Below, in pieces: positions 8,109-18,299 of a DNA stretch of 25,658 bases (position 1 is its first letter; each line of letters opens with the position of its first letter). The position numbers were made by a program, and so were the translations under genes. A model generated the notes under the pieces. That model did not search any database. It was not told the DNA's origin and saw only the letters and a list, made by a program, of their open reading frames with translations. The DNA is from a virus (Duplodnaviria > Heunggongvirae > Uroviricota > Caudoviricetes), in IMG/VR virus record IMGVR_UViG_3300017585_000052. One strand, written 5' to 3'.

Positions 8109-8269
8109 TTTTTCATATAATATATAATTGTATATATGAAAGTTGGGGTCATCAAAATGGGACTTTACCAATAAAACATTAACAAAATCGACTTTCAAAA
8201 GTGCCCCTCACAGGGGCAAAAAAGGCCGATTTTGCCCCTAAAAAGGGCAAAAATTTTTAGGGGATATAT

Positions 8270-8330
8270 ACCAACATAGTTTATATAGTAAAACATTGAT
8301 AACAGAGTGCAAATCTCTGTGTTGGTTCCA
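8270..8330 (+). ncRNA. tRNA-like RNA lacking an anticodon arm, CCA-ended (61 nt)
   Basis: ACCAACA/TGTTGGT acceptor, GTTT/AAAC D stem, 8-nt linker ATTGATAA, CAGAG-TGCAAAT-CTCTG T arm, T discriminator + CCA. Confidence 0.65.
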
Positions 8331-8399
8331 GCCTGACTTTCAGGCAAAGCAATTACAGTTTTGTCCGTGGCAGACTTCGACTCCCTGTCACGGATATAT

Positions 8400-8485
8400 G
8401 GTACTATGGCAGAGTGGTTTATTGCATCAGTCTTGAAAACTGACGGCGTTAATAGCGCCCCTTGGTTCAAATCCAAGTAGTATCG
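8400..8485 (+). tRNA. tRNA-Ser(TGA), CCA not encoded
   Basis: GGTACTA/TAGTATC acceptor, TCAGT-CTTGAAA-ACTGA anticodon arm, long variable arm GGCG/CGCC, CTTGG-TTCAAAT-CCAAG T arm. Confidence 0.9.
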
Positions 8486-8520
8486 CTTCTCTCTTAGATT
8501 TTCAAAGGTGTATACGCTAT

Positions 8521-8604
8521 GCGTGTATATCCAAGTTAGGTTTAAGGGAACGCACGACCATTTGTGTGTTATATTCACCAGTTCAAATCTGGTTACACGC
8601 ACTA
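8521..8604 (+). tRNA. tRNA-like or pseudo-tRNA with an enlarged anticodon loop
   Basis: GCGTGTA/TACACGC acceptor and ACCAG-TTCAAAT-CTGGT T arm. The anticodon loop is 8-10 nt (GACCATTT) and the 3' end is ACTA, not ACCA. Confidence 0.55.
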
Positions 8605-8677
8605 CAATGGAAACAAACGAATATGTGTTAGATTAGGACTAACACGCAGCAAAAAGCCAACAGGAGGGCTAATTACT

Positions 8678-9001
8678 ATGGTTAAGAACAAATTCTATTC
8701 AGATGTCACTAAGCAGTTCTATGATTCTATCGAGGACGCTAACCGTGCTGAACTTGCTGTCGCGGAAAAGAATAAGCAAGAGGACGAGGCTAAGAAGGCT
8801 CGCGCAGAGGCGGCTAAGAAGGTTGATGAGGCTCGTAAGGCCGTAGAGGACGCTATGAAAGCGTGGAACAAGGCCAATGAGTCTTACCGCAAGATTCTCG
8901 CGGATTTCTGCAAGAAGTATGGAGCATATCATACCACTTTCAAGGGCATTGATGATGACTTTAGCTTCTCAGATATTATTTCGGCATTTCTGGATTTCTA
9001 A
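8678..9001 (+). CDS. hypothetical coiled-coil protein, 107 aa
   Basis: AGGAGG RBS before ATG 8678. The ORF-track start at 8564 overlaps a tRNA-like gene and is unlikely. Confidence 0.8.
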   Translation: MVKNKFYSDVTKQFYDSIEDANRAELAVAEKNKQEDEAKKARAEAAKKVDEARKAVEDAMKAWNKANESYRKILADFCKKYGAYHTTFKGIDDDFSFSDIISAFLDF

Positions 9002-9011
9002 ATTGTAATAT

Positions 9012-9041
9012 GGGCTTACGGGGTTATCTGTAAGCCCTTTT
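9012..9041 (+). terminator. intrinsic terminator
   Basis: GGGCTTAC/GTAAGCCC hairpin followed by TTTT. Confidence 0.7.
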
Positions 9042-9115
9042 GTCGTACATAAGAGAGAACGAATCAAACGCTCGGAAAAGAAAGGAATACAATTATATGG
9101 TAAAGGAGTGCTTAC

Positions 9116-9571
9116 ATGGACACAACAGTGTTAGTAGCTCTAATAACTGGTTCTTTTTCTTTTCTCACCTTTATACTTACTCGGCATTTCGCGTCTAAAG
9201 ACAAGCAAACTGAGCAAGTATTAAAAGATGATGCTAGATACGAACAGTTAGAGCAGGAGCAAGCGAAACAAGAAAGTGATGTTCAAAAGTTATAGGCTAC
9301 CGTGGACAATCTAACAAAGATTTGTCAGAAGCAGAGTGATTCATTATCGAAATTAAGTGATGCGACACGCAGCACTCTAAGAAATGATATTATTCAAATG
9401 TACAATCGGTATACAAGCCCTGAGTATGGATATATGCCAATACATGAGAGGGAGAATCTTGAACATCTAACAACTGATTATTACGCTTTAGATGGAAACG
9501 GTGTAATACCTCGGTTGGTTGAAGAAATGTTGGCTTTGCCAACTAATAGACCAGAGAAAGACTTTTACTGA
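9116..9571 (+). CDS. holin-like / lysis-associated membrane protein, 151 aa, 1 TAG
   Basis: AAAGGAG RBS and an N-terminal hydrophobic helix. Reads through TAG 9293 into a C-terminus LRNDIIQMYNRY...YYALDGNG...LP, resembling the YxxLGGNG phage family often annotated as holin. Confidence 0.6.
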
Positions 9572-9598
9572 TACAACAGGGGCAAAGGGACATTTATT

Positions 9599-10777
9599 AT
9601 GAATAATTTCAAACGATATGAAAACGAAGGTATATTAGACTACGAATTTCGTATTTGCCAGCATAAAGACGAAATAGGAACTTGGCAAGACGTAGCGGAC
9701 TTACTCAATGAGGCGCTTGGATAGGAGTATACTGAATCTAAGTACAGAAAGCAATTTCAAGAAATGAGTAAGTATACTACTATGACTGAAACAGCGCAAG
9801 CTGCCGCAGTTGATATTCAAGAGCTAAAAGAGCAACGCAGACTTCTTGAATTTGAGAAGATTAAAATGCGTGATGAGCGCAATGAAGTATCAAGACTGTA
9901 TAGACAGCAAGCTCGTAAGGAATCTCTCGATGAGTTGTTTACGAGAGTTGTTGAGAGCTATACGCCAGTACAATTACATTCTTTTAGATTTGAAGATGAA
10001 AAGAATGAAAATACTTCGCTTTTGATTCCTATTTCAGATTTACATTATGGCTTAAATATAGATAATAGCTTTAATAAGTATAATACAGAAGTAGCTATTG
10101 AGAGATTAAATAAGTATGCTACTAAAGTAATTACTATCGCACAAAGACACCATTCTGTTGAGGCACAGGTTATGTTGCTCGGTGATGAGATTTCTGGACT
10201 GATTCATTCTAATCTTAGATTAGAGAACAATGAAAATGTTGTTCAGCAAACTATGGACGCAGCAGAACTCATTAGTCACTTCATTTATACACTTACACCG
10301 TATTTTGAGGTAATTAACGTATATAGCGTATCGGGGAATCATTCTCGCGTACAGCCCAATAAGGAGCTTAATGCAAAGGGAGAAGATTTTGATAAGTTTA
10401 TTCCTTTCTATGCTAAAGCAAAATTGCAACAATGTGAGAACGTGCATTTCTTTGATAACACTATTGACGAGAGCATTATCTCTTTCACCTGTCACGGTAA
10501 ATTGATTTATGGTATTCATGGCGATAAAGATAATCTAACAAGTGCAACACAGCGCTTAACTATGTTTACTCGTCAAAAGCCAGATATTATATATGCTGGA
10601 CATTTACATACCAACAGAATGTATACAGAATTTGATACTAAGGTTATTCAAAGTGGTTGCATTAGCGGTAATGATAATTACTGTATAGATAATAGAATAT
10701 CTGGAAAACCAGAGCAAGCAGTTGCCGTAATTTATAATAACGGTCTTGATTGCCTTTATGACATATCGCTTACTTAA
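9599..10777 (+). CDS. calcineurin-like metallophosphoesterase with an N-terminal extension, 392 aa, 1 TAG
   Basis: Motifs SDLHYG, LGDEISG, SGNH, HGD and GHLH; ATG 9599 reads through TAG 9722. Confidence 0.85.
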
Positions 10778-10796
10778 ATGATAAGGGAGTGAGAAT

Positions 10797-11903
10797 ATGC
10801 CGAGAGGTAGACCGCGCAAAACAACCACTACGACCACTACTAAGACCACAAAGGTGGCTAAAAAGCAAGAACCAGAACAGCCTAAGATTGTGTGTATAGG
10901 ATGCGGTTGTGCAACACAGACTAACTTCTATATGGCTCGTGATGAGCATAGGAGCTTTTTTAGAAAAGTACCTTATTGTAAAGACTGTGTAAACAAAATA
11001 TTTAAGAATTATCTAAGACTAAAGGGCGGGAATTATAATCTCGCCCTTTATTATACTTGTAGAAAAATAGATTTGCCGTATATACATTCTGCATATACTG
11101 GCGCAGTAGATAACGTCAATAATCCCAATTCTAATATCAAAGGCATGGATAACCTAATGTCTGCATACATGAAGAATATGTCATTTGCAGACGCTAATGG
11201 TTGGGGTGCTACATTTGATGAAAGCGTTGGAGAGGATTAGATTGACGGCCTTTCTTCGTTTGAAGATATTGTCAAAGTCAGAAGAAAAGTTGGTCTAAAA
11301 ACAAGCAGCGATAATGATTTTGACGTTATCGAAATGGACGCAGATGAACTCATGCGTAAGTGGGGAAGATTTGATAATGATGACCTTGCCTATCTTGAAT
11401 CTGAGTACATGGATTGGGAAGAACAGTTGAATGGCATTGTTGATAAGTATGTTGATATAATGGTTAAACAAGTATGCTTAACATTAAATGAGATTAGACA
11501 TGACCGTGAATCAGGTCAACCTGTCGAAAAGAAAGTCCAGAGCCTGAGAAATCTAATAAAGGATTCTGGGTTGTCTGATTTACAGAAGAATGATGCTGTT
11601 GAACAAGGAACTGGAATGACTATTCGAGATATTGAATTTAAGCGTCCAGTTAAAACTGTTGACCCAGATTTTGAAGATGTCGATGGTATGCGTCTTGTTA
11701 TAGACGCAATACTTGGTGGCACTTCAAGAGCAGTTGGAAAAGAAAATGAGTTTACTGAGAGATTTGACGAAGAATATAGTAAATATACTATTGATATTAT
11801 AGAGGACTTAAAGGTTCAATACGGATTAGATAATAAGAAAGCTGAAATTACATAGGTTGAAGAACCAGTAAATTCTGAAGGCGGTGAGCCTAAGAATGAG
11901 TAA
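10797..11903 (+). CDS. Zn-finger protein, candidate terminase small subunit, 368 aa, 2 TAG
   Basis: ORFs 10797-11240 and 11334-11855 are in frame via TAGs 11238 and 11853 and end at TAA 11903, overlapping the TerL start. CIGC...YCKDC motifs; directly upstream of TerL. Confidence 0.65.
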
Positions 11904-14143
11904 TTCAGTTTATATTAGAAGAAGAAAAAAGGTCAACAAATCTAAGACTAAGAGATTTATGGAGAACTTCGAGGCGTGGGTTGCATATTGGAGAGCAAAC
12001 CCTCAAAGGTTTATCACTGAATATCTTGGTCTTAAATTATATGATTTTCAAAAAGTTCTAATATACATGATGTTCATGTACCCCTCATTTATATTTGCAG
12101 CAAGTCGTGGCCTTAACTACGCAGGGCTTTCGGGCAAAATCGGTAGAAGTCGAGAAACGATGATACCGAGGTAACTTCTTAGATGACGAGAGGCTATGAA
12201 GTACCGTAGAGCATAGAAGATGAATAAATATAATTCTTCCAAGAGTGTCCGACACGAAAGTGAAAATATATGCCGAGCTAACGGGTTGAACCGTTAGAAC
12301 TGTCGGATAAAAAGCTGGCAGGATAACAAATATTTTGTGCGAAATCAACTTTGAGCTTGATATTTGCAACGGCTTATTGCATATTATATCCGGGAACAAC
12401 CGTTGTCGTAGTTGCTCCTACTAAGGGACAGTCCACGAGATTTGTTAAAAAGATACAAGAATTAGCTCGTGGAAGAAAGAACTTATAGGCAGAAATTAAG
12501 GCTGTTAAAACTGGTCTAAATGAAAGTCGCATAGACTTTAACAATGGCTCTGCTATAATTACTCTGCCGTATTCCGAGAACAGCTTGGGCGCACGTTGCC
12601 AGATTCTTATTGTTGACGAATTTGTTCGTACAGAAAAAGAAGTTATCAGTCGTGTATTTGTGCCTATGCTGACGAGTCCCCGTACTCCTGATTATACTGA
12701 ATTAACTAAGCAGCAAAGAGAGGCTATTCCAGAGGAACCGAATAAACAGTTATATCTGTCAAGTATTCGTGGTGCTGATGAATGGTCTTATGCTTACTTC
12801 TTAGATTATATAAATTATATGACCGATGGCGATGGTAAACATATTGCTGTCGCTTTACCTTATAATCTTGGAGTTAAAAACAAATATATTTCAAGAGCTA
12901 TAGTTGAACAATCCTTTAAGGAAAACCAAGATTCTGTTGAGATGTTGCTTGCTGAATATTGTGTTCAGGCAGAGCGTTCTTCTGGCGATGGTTTCTATAA
13001 ATACAACCAGATTGCAGAGAGAAGAACACAAGCTCGACCAATGGTAGCAATGAATGACTTTGAGTTTGTTGAGAATAAAGATGATAAATCTAAATGGAAA
13101 TATTATCAAGAGAAACTTAAAAATGAAATCAGAATAATGAGCATGGATATAGCTTTAGTCTCTGGTAAAAGTAATGACAATACCGCTTTCTGGATTCTTA
13201 GAATGATTCCAGAGGGGGCTGGATATAGAAGAATATTCCAGTTCTGCGAAACAATGAACGGCATCAACTCCCTCGTACAATGCCTAAGAGCAAAACAGTT
13301 ATTCTATGAATTTGACTGTGATTACTTTGTCATTGACGGGGCTGGCGTGGGGCGAAAAAGAGATTGCCCTCTTAATAGAAATATTAAGTAATTAAATTGG
13401 TATAAAAACTGGAATCCTGAAATGGAAATCAGAGCGGAAGTTTATAAATAATATTATAAACACGCGCAACGCATAGGTGTTGAAACTCGAAAGAGAATAT
13501 AATACACCCAAGAGATACCAACTCTAAGGATTTAATCTAAGAGAAAAGATATGCTGAACTAACAGGAATTTTAACTGTTAGATTTATGGGATAAAAAGCC
13601 CATAAGATAACAAATGAATCATGCCTTGATATTATGATGACTAAGACAGAAGATAAGGCTCGTGGAGAACTTTATCCAGCATGGACAGTAGTTAATCCAG
13701 AGGACGTGAAGAACGCTTCTCGCGTGTTAGATGATGACGCTGTTCCTGTTGTTGATTGCGTTAAGACTTCTATTGCAGATAAAAGCCGTATGTTGCTTTA
13801 TGCTCGTGACCAATTCTCTATTGGCGGTGTAGATTTGCTTGTTGATAGAGAGGACGGAACAGATTATCTAAATCAGACATTTAAGTTCCATAAAGAAGAA
13901 AATCAAGAAGTCAGAGGTAGAGTATTACAATCTTTTGCTCAGACTTCCGCATTTATAAACGAGGCTATAAATCTAAAACAAGTAACAGTCCAAGGTCGTT
14001 ATCCCAGCGTTGTTGAAAAGGCTGGTAGACGCAAGGATAGAGTTATGAGCTTCATTTATGCTTTAGATTTTTCAAAACAACTTGAAGATAATATGAATAA
14101 ACAAACAGATGTGAACATATTTGACTATATGTTCTTTACGTAA
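11896..14143 (+). CDS. terL: terminase large subunit, ~586 aa; join(11896..12113,12338..13353,13617..14143); 1 TAG
   Basis: Splicing restores Walker A ASRG|LAKST. Walker B ILIVDEF; RNase H motifs MSMDIAL and VIDGAGVG|Q; C-terminal RKDRVMS. TAG at 12486. Confidence 0.9.
12114..12337 (+). ncRNA. group I intron 2 (224 nt) in the TerL Walker A motif
   Basis: GGCCT| ... TTTTG| ends. IGS CGCA-GGGCT 12120-12128 pairs with both exons (P1 with U.G; P10 with TGCG). P7 GCATA 12211 / TATGC 12269. Confidence 0.9.
13354..13616 (+). ncRNA. group I intron 3 (263 nt) in the TerL nuclease domain
   Basis: IGS GATT-GCCCT 13362-13370 pairs with exon GGGGC and 3' exon AATC. P7 GCATA 13471 / TATGC 13550. Ends in ACAAATG. 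Removal restores the frame (GVGQSCLDIMM). Confidence 0.85.
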
Positions 14144-14210
14144 GTAATATAAGCTCATTTTGAGCTGGTTTTATCTGAGTAATATATAAACATTAAAGGT
14201 GGTGAATTTA

Positions 14211-15830
14211 TTGGCAGAAGAAAAGCTATCAGAACAAGAAGTTAATCAAGTATTAAATGCTTTTGACTTTTTGCAATTCTCTCAGGCTTACAGAGAGAGT
14301 TATTATAATAATGGGGCGTATTTCTCTCCTGATATTGTAAATCAGCAAATGCAGAACGTCAACATGAATCCTGTTGAAGCTACTGCACAAAATCTAAGAA
14401 ATGCTCTTGCTAATCCCAAATCCAGCGAAGAAATACTCAGAAGCTATGCCGAATATGCCGAGAATAATAATATGTATTATAAGCGGCTTGCTCGTTATTT
14501 TCCAGATATGGCAGCTTTTCATCCCACCTTTGATTGCATAAATATAGAAAAAGATTCTGAGTTTACTTCCCGTCAATTCAAGAGTGATTTAAGAGTGGTA
14601 GACCAATTCCTTTGTAAATTTAACTGCAAGGAAGAATTTCAGAAAGTATTTAGGCAGCTAATTCGCCAAGGTGTTTTCTATTGCGTTCTAAGAAAAGACG
14701 AACGTAAATATACCTTGCAAGAGTTGCCGCCTAAATTCTGCAAGATTACGGGTAGACACCCGTATGGTCTGTTATTCGACTTTGATATGCAATGGTTTAT
14801 TGGCAACTTTGGTGTAGATATTGATATGTACCCAAAAGTTTTTAAGAAGATGTACAGAGAAGTAATGGACGCTAATACGGTAGAATATGACCCTGCTACT
14901 AAAATTAGCAGACGTAATTCTACATTTATGTATTGGCATCAGTGTTCTCCTTTAGATGGATTCTGGGTTTTCAAAATGTCACCAGAGCTTGCTACAATAG
15001 TGCCGTATTTTGCTCCTATGATGCCAGATTTATCTTATGGCCCGATTGTAAAGAATTTGCAACAGGATAAGTATTTCATTGAGGCTTCTAAACTATTAGT
15101 TGGTCTTATTGGTTTTAATAAAGACGCTAAGAGTGGGTAGGTGCAAAATCAGGTTAATATCACCCCCGATATGCTTGGTAAGTTTATGGGGGTAGCTAGA
15201 AAAGGATTGAATAAACAAATTGGATTGGTAGCATTACCTTTGGATAGTATCGAAACCGTAGATTTTAGTGAGAGTGACGATAATATAGACGAGGATTATA
15301 CTTCAAGTCTTGCGAAACAAAGCGTTACGTCTTCTCAGGTTTTGTTTAGCACTGAGAAACTGAACTCTCACCAATCTAAATTGGCTTCGGCTATTGATAT
15401 GGCTTTAATTAACGCCACCTACGAAATTTTTTCTAATTTCGTTGAATATTATATAAATCTTGAAACCAAGAAATATAAGTTTAAGATTCATTTTAATGAC
15501 ACTTATACGCCTGATGACCAGAATAGGGTAAATGGACTGTTTAAGGACTATGCTTCTATGGGTATTGTTGATGTATAGCTTGCCGCTCGTGCTTTAGATA
15601 TGAACCCATTTGAGCTTACTCGTCATTTACAGATTACTAAGACTATGGGTCTTGATAAGAAGCTAATTCAGCTTACTAATCTAAACACTCAAAGTAGTAA
15701 TAGCAATTCTGGAACGACTTCTGGCACTGGCAAAGTTGGCAGACCGTCTAAACAAGATGACCCAACTGCTGACAATGAGAATACAGAGGCTTCTTGGGCG
15801 AGAGAATCTAACGACCTGAAAGACGGTTAA
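14211..15830 (+). CDS. portal protein, ~539 aa, 2 TAG
   Basis: ORFs 14199-15140, 15141-15578 and 15600-15830 are one frame joined by TAGs 15138 and 15576. It follows TerL and has a C-terminal GRPSK low-complexity tail. The TTG start after AGGTGGTGA is my inference. Confidence 0.8.
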
Positions 15831-15852
15831 GGAATAAAGGAGTTAAACAGAT

Positions 15853-16167
15853 ATGATTGATTTTACTAAGTATGACGAAGACGAATTGAAATCTCTCAAT
15901 TCCATTACTGTCAGTACACAACGCGCTCAGATGGGCCAGTTTTTAGCCGATGTTCTAAACTACTTTAAGTGCATTAACTTCGGCACTGTGATTGAAGATG
16001 ACCCTACTTCTAAAGTGCGTGATAATTGGCCTAATTCCACTCTGGTTCATACTATTGAGTATGTTCCCGAAAGTGAGGCCACTACTATTAAGCAATTAGT
16101 CGCTGACTATAACAAACTTATTAAGGCTCTGTCAGAGTCTGGATTTATGGCAAGGCCGAGTGACTAA
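15853..16167 (+). CDS. hypothetical protein, 104 aa
   Basis: AAAGGAG RBS; ORF track. Confidence 0.75.
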   Translation: MIDFTKYDEDELKSLNSITVSTQRAQMGQFLADVLNYFKCINFGTVIEDDPTSKVRDNWPNSTLVHTIEYVPESEATTIKQLVADYNKLIKALSESGFMARPSD

Positions 16168-16169
16168 TT

Positions 16170-16382
16170 ATGTTGATAGACAACCTAAATGATTTCAATG
16201 TTGATAATCTATATAAGTGTAATGATGAAACTCATCTAAAATTGTTATTGGCTGGATTTGAGCCAATATATATTGACGATGAGTTTTATTATTATCTTTT
16301 AGATTCAGCATTAAATGAATATCTAAACAAGGAGGTGTTTACCGATGGAACAGATTACACTTTCCTTGGAGTTCACAGTTGA
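16170..16382 (+). CDS. small acidic hypothetical protein, 70 aa
   Basis: ORF track; tightly packed between its neighbours. Confidence 0.6.
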   Translation: MLIDNLNDFNVDNLYKCNDETHLKLLLAGFEPIYIDDEFYYYLLDSALNEYLNKEVFTDGTDYTFLGVHS

Positions 16383-17727
16383 TGATTTCAGCTATGAGGA
16401 CATAAAGGATAAGCGGTTTGCAAAGGGTATTATTCATGCTTTTGCTGACGGTGAAAATGCCAACACTTGGCCTATTGATACCGCAGTATTAGCTGATTGC
16501 GCAAACTCTGTTTACGATATTCCCGTTGTGTGTAAATATAACGGTTTCGTAAATGATTTCATGTCGCATGAACGAGATGAAGTACCTATTGGTTTCATTA
16601 AGGAAACTTCTCCAACTTATAGTAATCCTATCGTTTTTGAAAAGAATCCCGATGGGAGACTGTTTATTGTTATAAAGTGCCTGATTTGGAAAAAGTACGC
16701 CAAAAATGCTCTTGAAGTCTTTAAGAGAAGTCAGGGCAAAAAGTCTGTTAGTGTCGAATTAACAGTTACTAAAGGTGAAGAAATTGATGGCAAAATTAGG
16801 GTGGACGAGTATGTCTTAGAGGGTATTACCGTCTTAGGCGATTACGTTACTCCCGCCGTCAAAGATGCCAGAATACAGGTAGAATTTGCGAAAGACAAAG
16901 CGGATTACTTAAATAGTATCGGCTTTTCTGATAATAATAATGATACAGAAGCGGGTGAGAAGAATATGACCGAAAATGAAAACACTCAGGATTGTGCAGT
17001 TGTAGAAAATGAGGCAACTCCCACCTGTGAGGGTACTTGTGCTGCTGACGGTTGCGCTAATTGTGCCGAAGGCGAAGGCGTTTGTGCTTCTTCCGAGGGT
17101 GAGGCTTGCGCAGAATCTAATGAGGAAATGAGTAAGGAACTTCCTGTTTATAATTATGAAGCAGACGGCGAAACCGTTACTTGTGAAGATAATGAGAATA
17201 AAGACGAGGAACCTGAATCTGAACCCGAAAAAGAGCCTGAGAATGAGGACGAAGAAGATAAGGGCGAGGACGCGGAAGGCGAGGAAGTTGAGGAATCTAA
17301 AGAGGAAAACAAAGAAGAATTTGCCGCTTTAGAGGCTGCTATGTCTAAAGTTTCTGAACTAACCTCTCGCGTTGAGGAACTTGAAGCGCAGAATAGTGCT
17401 TACATGGCTCAGATTGCTGAAATGTCTGATTACTCTGAATTAAAGCAGTACAAGGCTGAAATGTCTGCGAAGATTAAACAAGAGTCCGATATGGCTATTA
17501 TGAATAGCGTTATGTCTGATATTGCTGCTCGTGGCTATGATATGTCTGAGGCAGAAAAGAATGAGCTTTTTGCGAAGTTTGCTGATTTCGATTCTGCTGA
17601 CGCATGGTCTAATTATGTAAAAGCACAGGCATTTGACAAGGTGGAGAACGCTGGTAATAGTGTACAGCGTATTGGTCTGCCTTACGCTAATGTTGCAAAA
17701 TCTAATAGTATTTGGGATTTAATCTAA
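16345..17727 (+). CDS. prohead protease-scaffold fusion, 460 aa
   Basis: AGGAGG RBS; N-terminal KSVSVEL...GITVLG maturation-protease-type motifs; acidic linker and coiled-coil C-terminus; located between portal and capsid genes. Confidence 0.75.
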   Translation: MEQITLSLEFTVDDFSYEDIKDKRFAKGIIHAFADGENANTWPIDTAVLADCANSVYDIPVVCKYNGFVNDFMSHERDEVPIGFIKETSPTYSNPIVFEKNPDGRLFIVIKCLIWKKYAKNALEVFKRSQGKKSVSVELTVTKGEEIDGKIRVDEYVLEGITVLGDYVTPAVKDARIQVEFAKDKADYLNSIGFSDNNNDTEAGEKNMTENENTQDCAVVENEATPTCEGTCAADGCANCAEGEGVCASSEGEACAESNEEMSKELPVYNYEADGETVTCEDNENKDEEPESEPEKEPENEDEEDKGEDAEGEEVEESKEENKEEFAALEAAMSKVSELTSRVEELEAQNSAYMAQIAEMSDYSELKQYKAEMSAKIKQESDMAIMNSVMSDIAARGYDMSEAEKNELFAKFADFDSADAWSNYVKAQAFDKVENAGNSVQRIGLPYANVAKSNSIWDLI

Positions 17728-17752
17728 TAAACTTTGAAAGGTGTGTTAAATA

Positions 17753-18277
17753 ATGAACGTAGTTATTAAAAGACGTGTTGCGGCTCACAATGTTGACGCT
17801 ATGAACCGCACTGTTAAGGCCGATGTCGATATTGAGAACGGCTCTATTATGCTTCTTGACGCTCGTTCTACCGTTGATGGTGAGGATGAGGTTTGGATTG
17901 CTTCTAAGCCCACTGCTGATTCTCTTGGTGTTTGGATGGCTAAGAGTTCTGAGGTTGTCATCACATCTGTTACCATCAACGACAATGAGAAGCTCGATTT
18001 CAAGGGCATCGTTGATGACCCCCGTGCTTTCACCAATGTTGCTGGTCTGGTGTTTGACGCTTTCCAGCCTCGCAAGGGCGACATCATTGAGATGACCCTT
18101 GGCGCAGATGATAGCGACTATCTGGTTGCTGGCGCTGATTATCCGCTGGAAACCGCTTCTGCTGCTGGCGCTGGCTTTGCTATGAAGAAAGTCGGTACTT
18201 CCATTCTGCACATTGGTTCTGCCAAGCTGGTTAAGACCCCCGTTAAGACTTACATTTATGAAGTCGCGGCTAACTAA
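17753..18277 (+). CDS. capsid-associated (decoration/minor capsid) protein, 174 aa
   Basis: Located between scaffold and major capsid; strongly biased codons typical of high expression; no TAG. Confidence 0.6.
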   Translation: MNVVIKRRVAAHNVDAMNRTVKADVDIENGSIMLLDARSTVDGEDEVWIASKPTADSLGVWMAKSSEVVITSVTINDNEKLDFKGIVDDPRAFTNVAGLVFDAFQPRKGDIIEMTLGADDSDYLVAGADYPLETASAAGAGFAMKKVGTSILHIGSAKLVKTPVKTYIYEVAAN

Positions 18278-18299
18278 TTTTGATAAGGAGTGAATTATA

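Noticed and set aside
6250-8500. Theta (HDV-like) ribozymes at tRNA 3' ends
   Set aside because: I could not assemble the nested double-pseudoknot (P1/P1.1/P2/P3) after any tRNA; a descriptor search is needed to exclude it.
6143-8680. Amber suppressor tRNA (CTA anticodon) in the island
   Set aside because: No cloverleaf with a CTA anticodon was found by eye. It may lie elsewhere in the genome; tRNAscan-SE would settle this.
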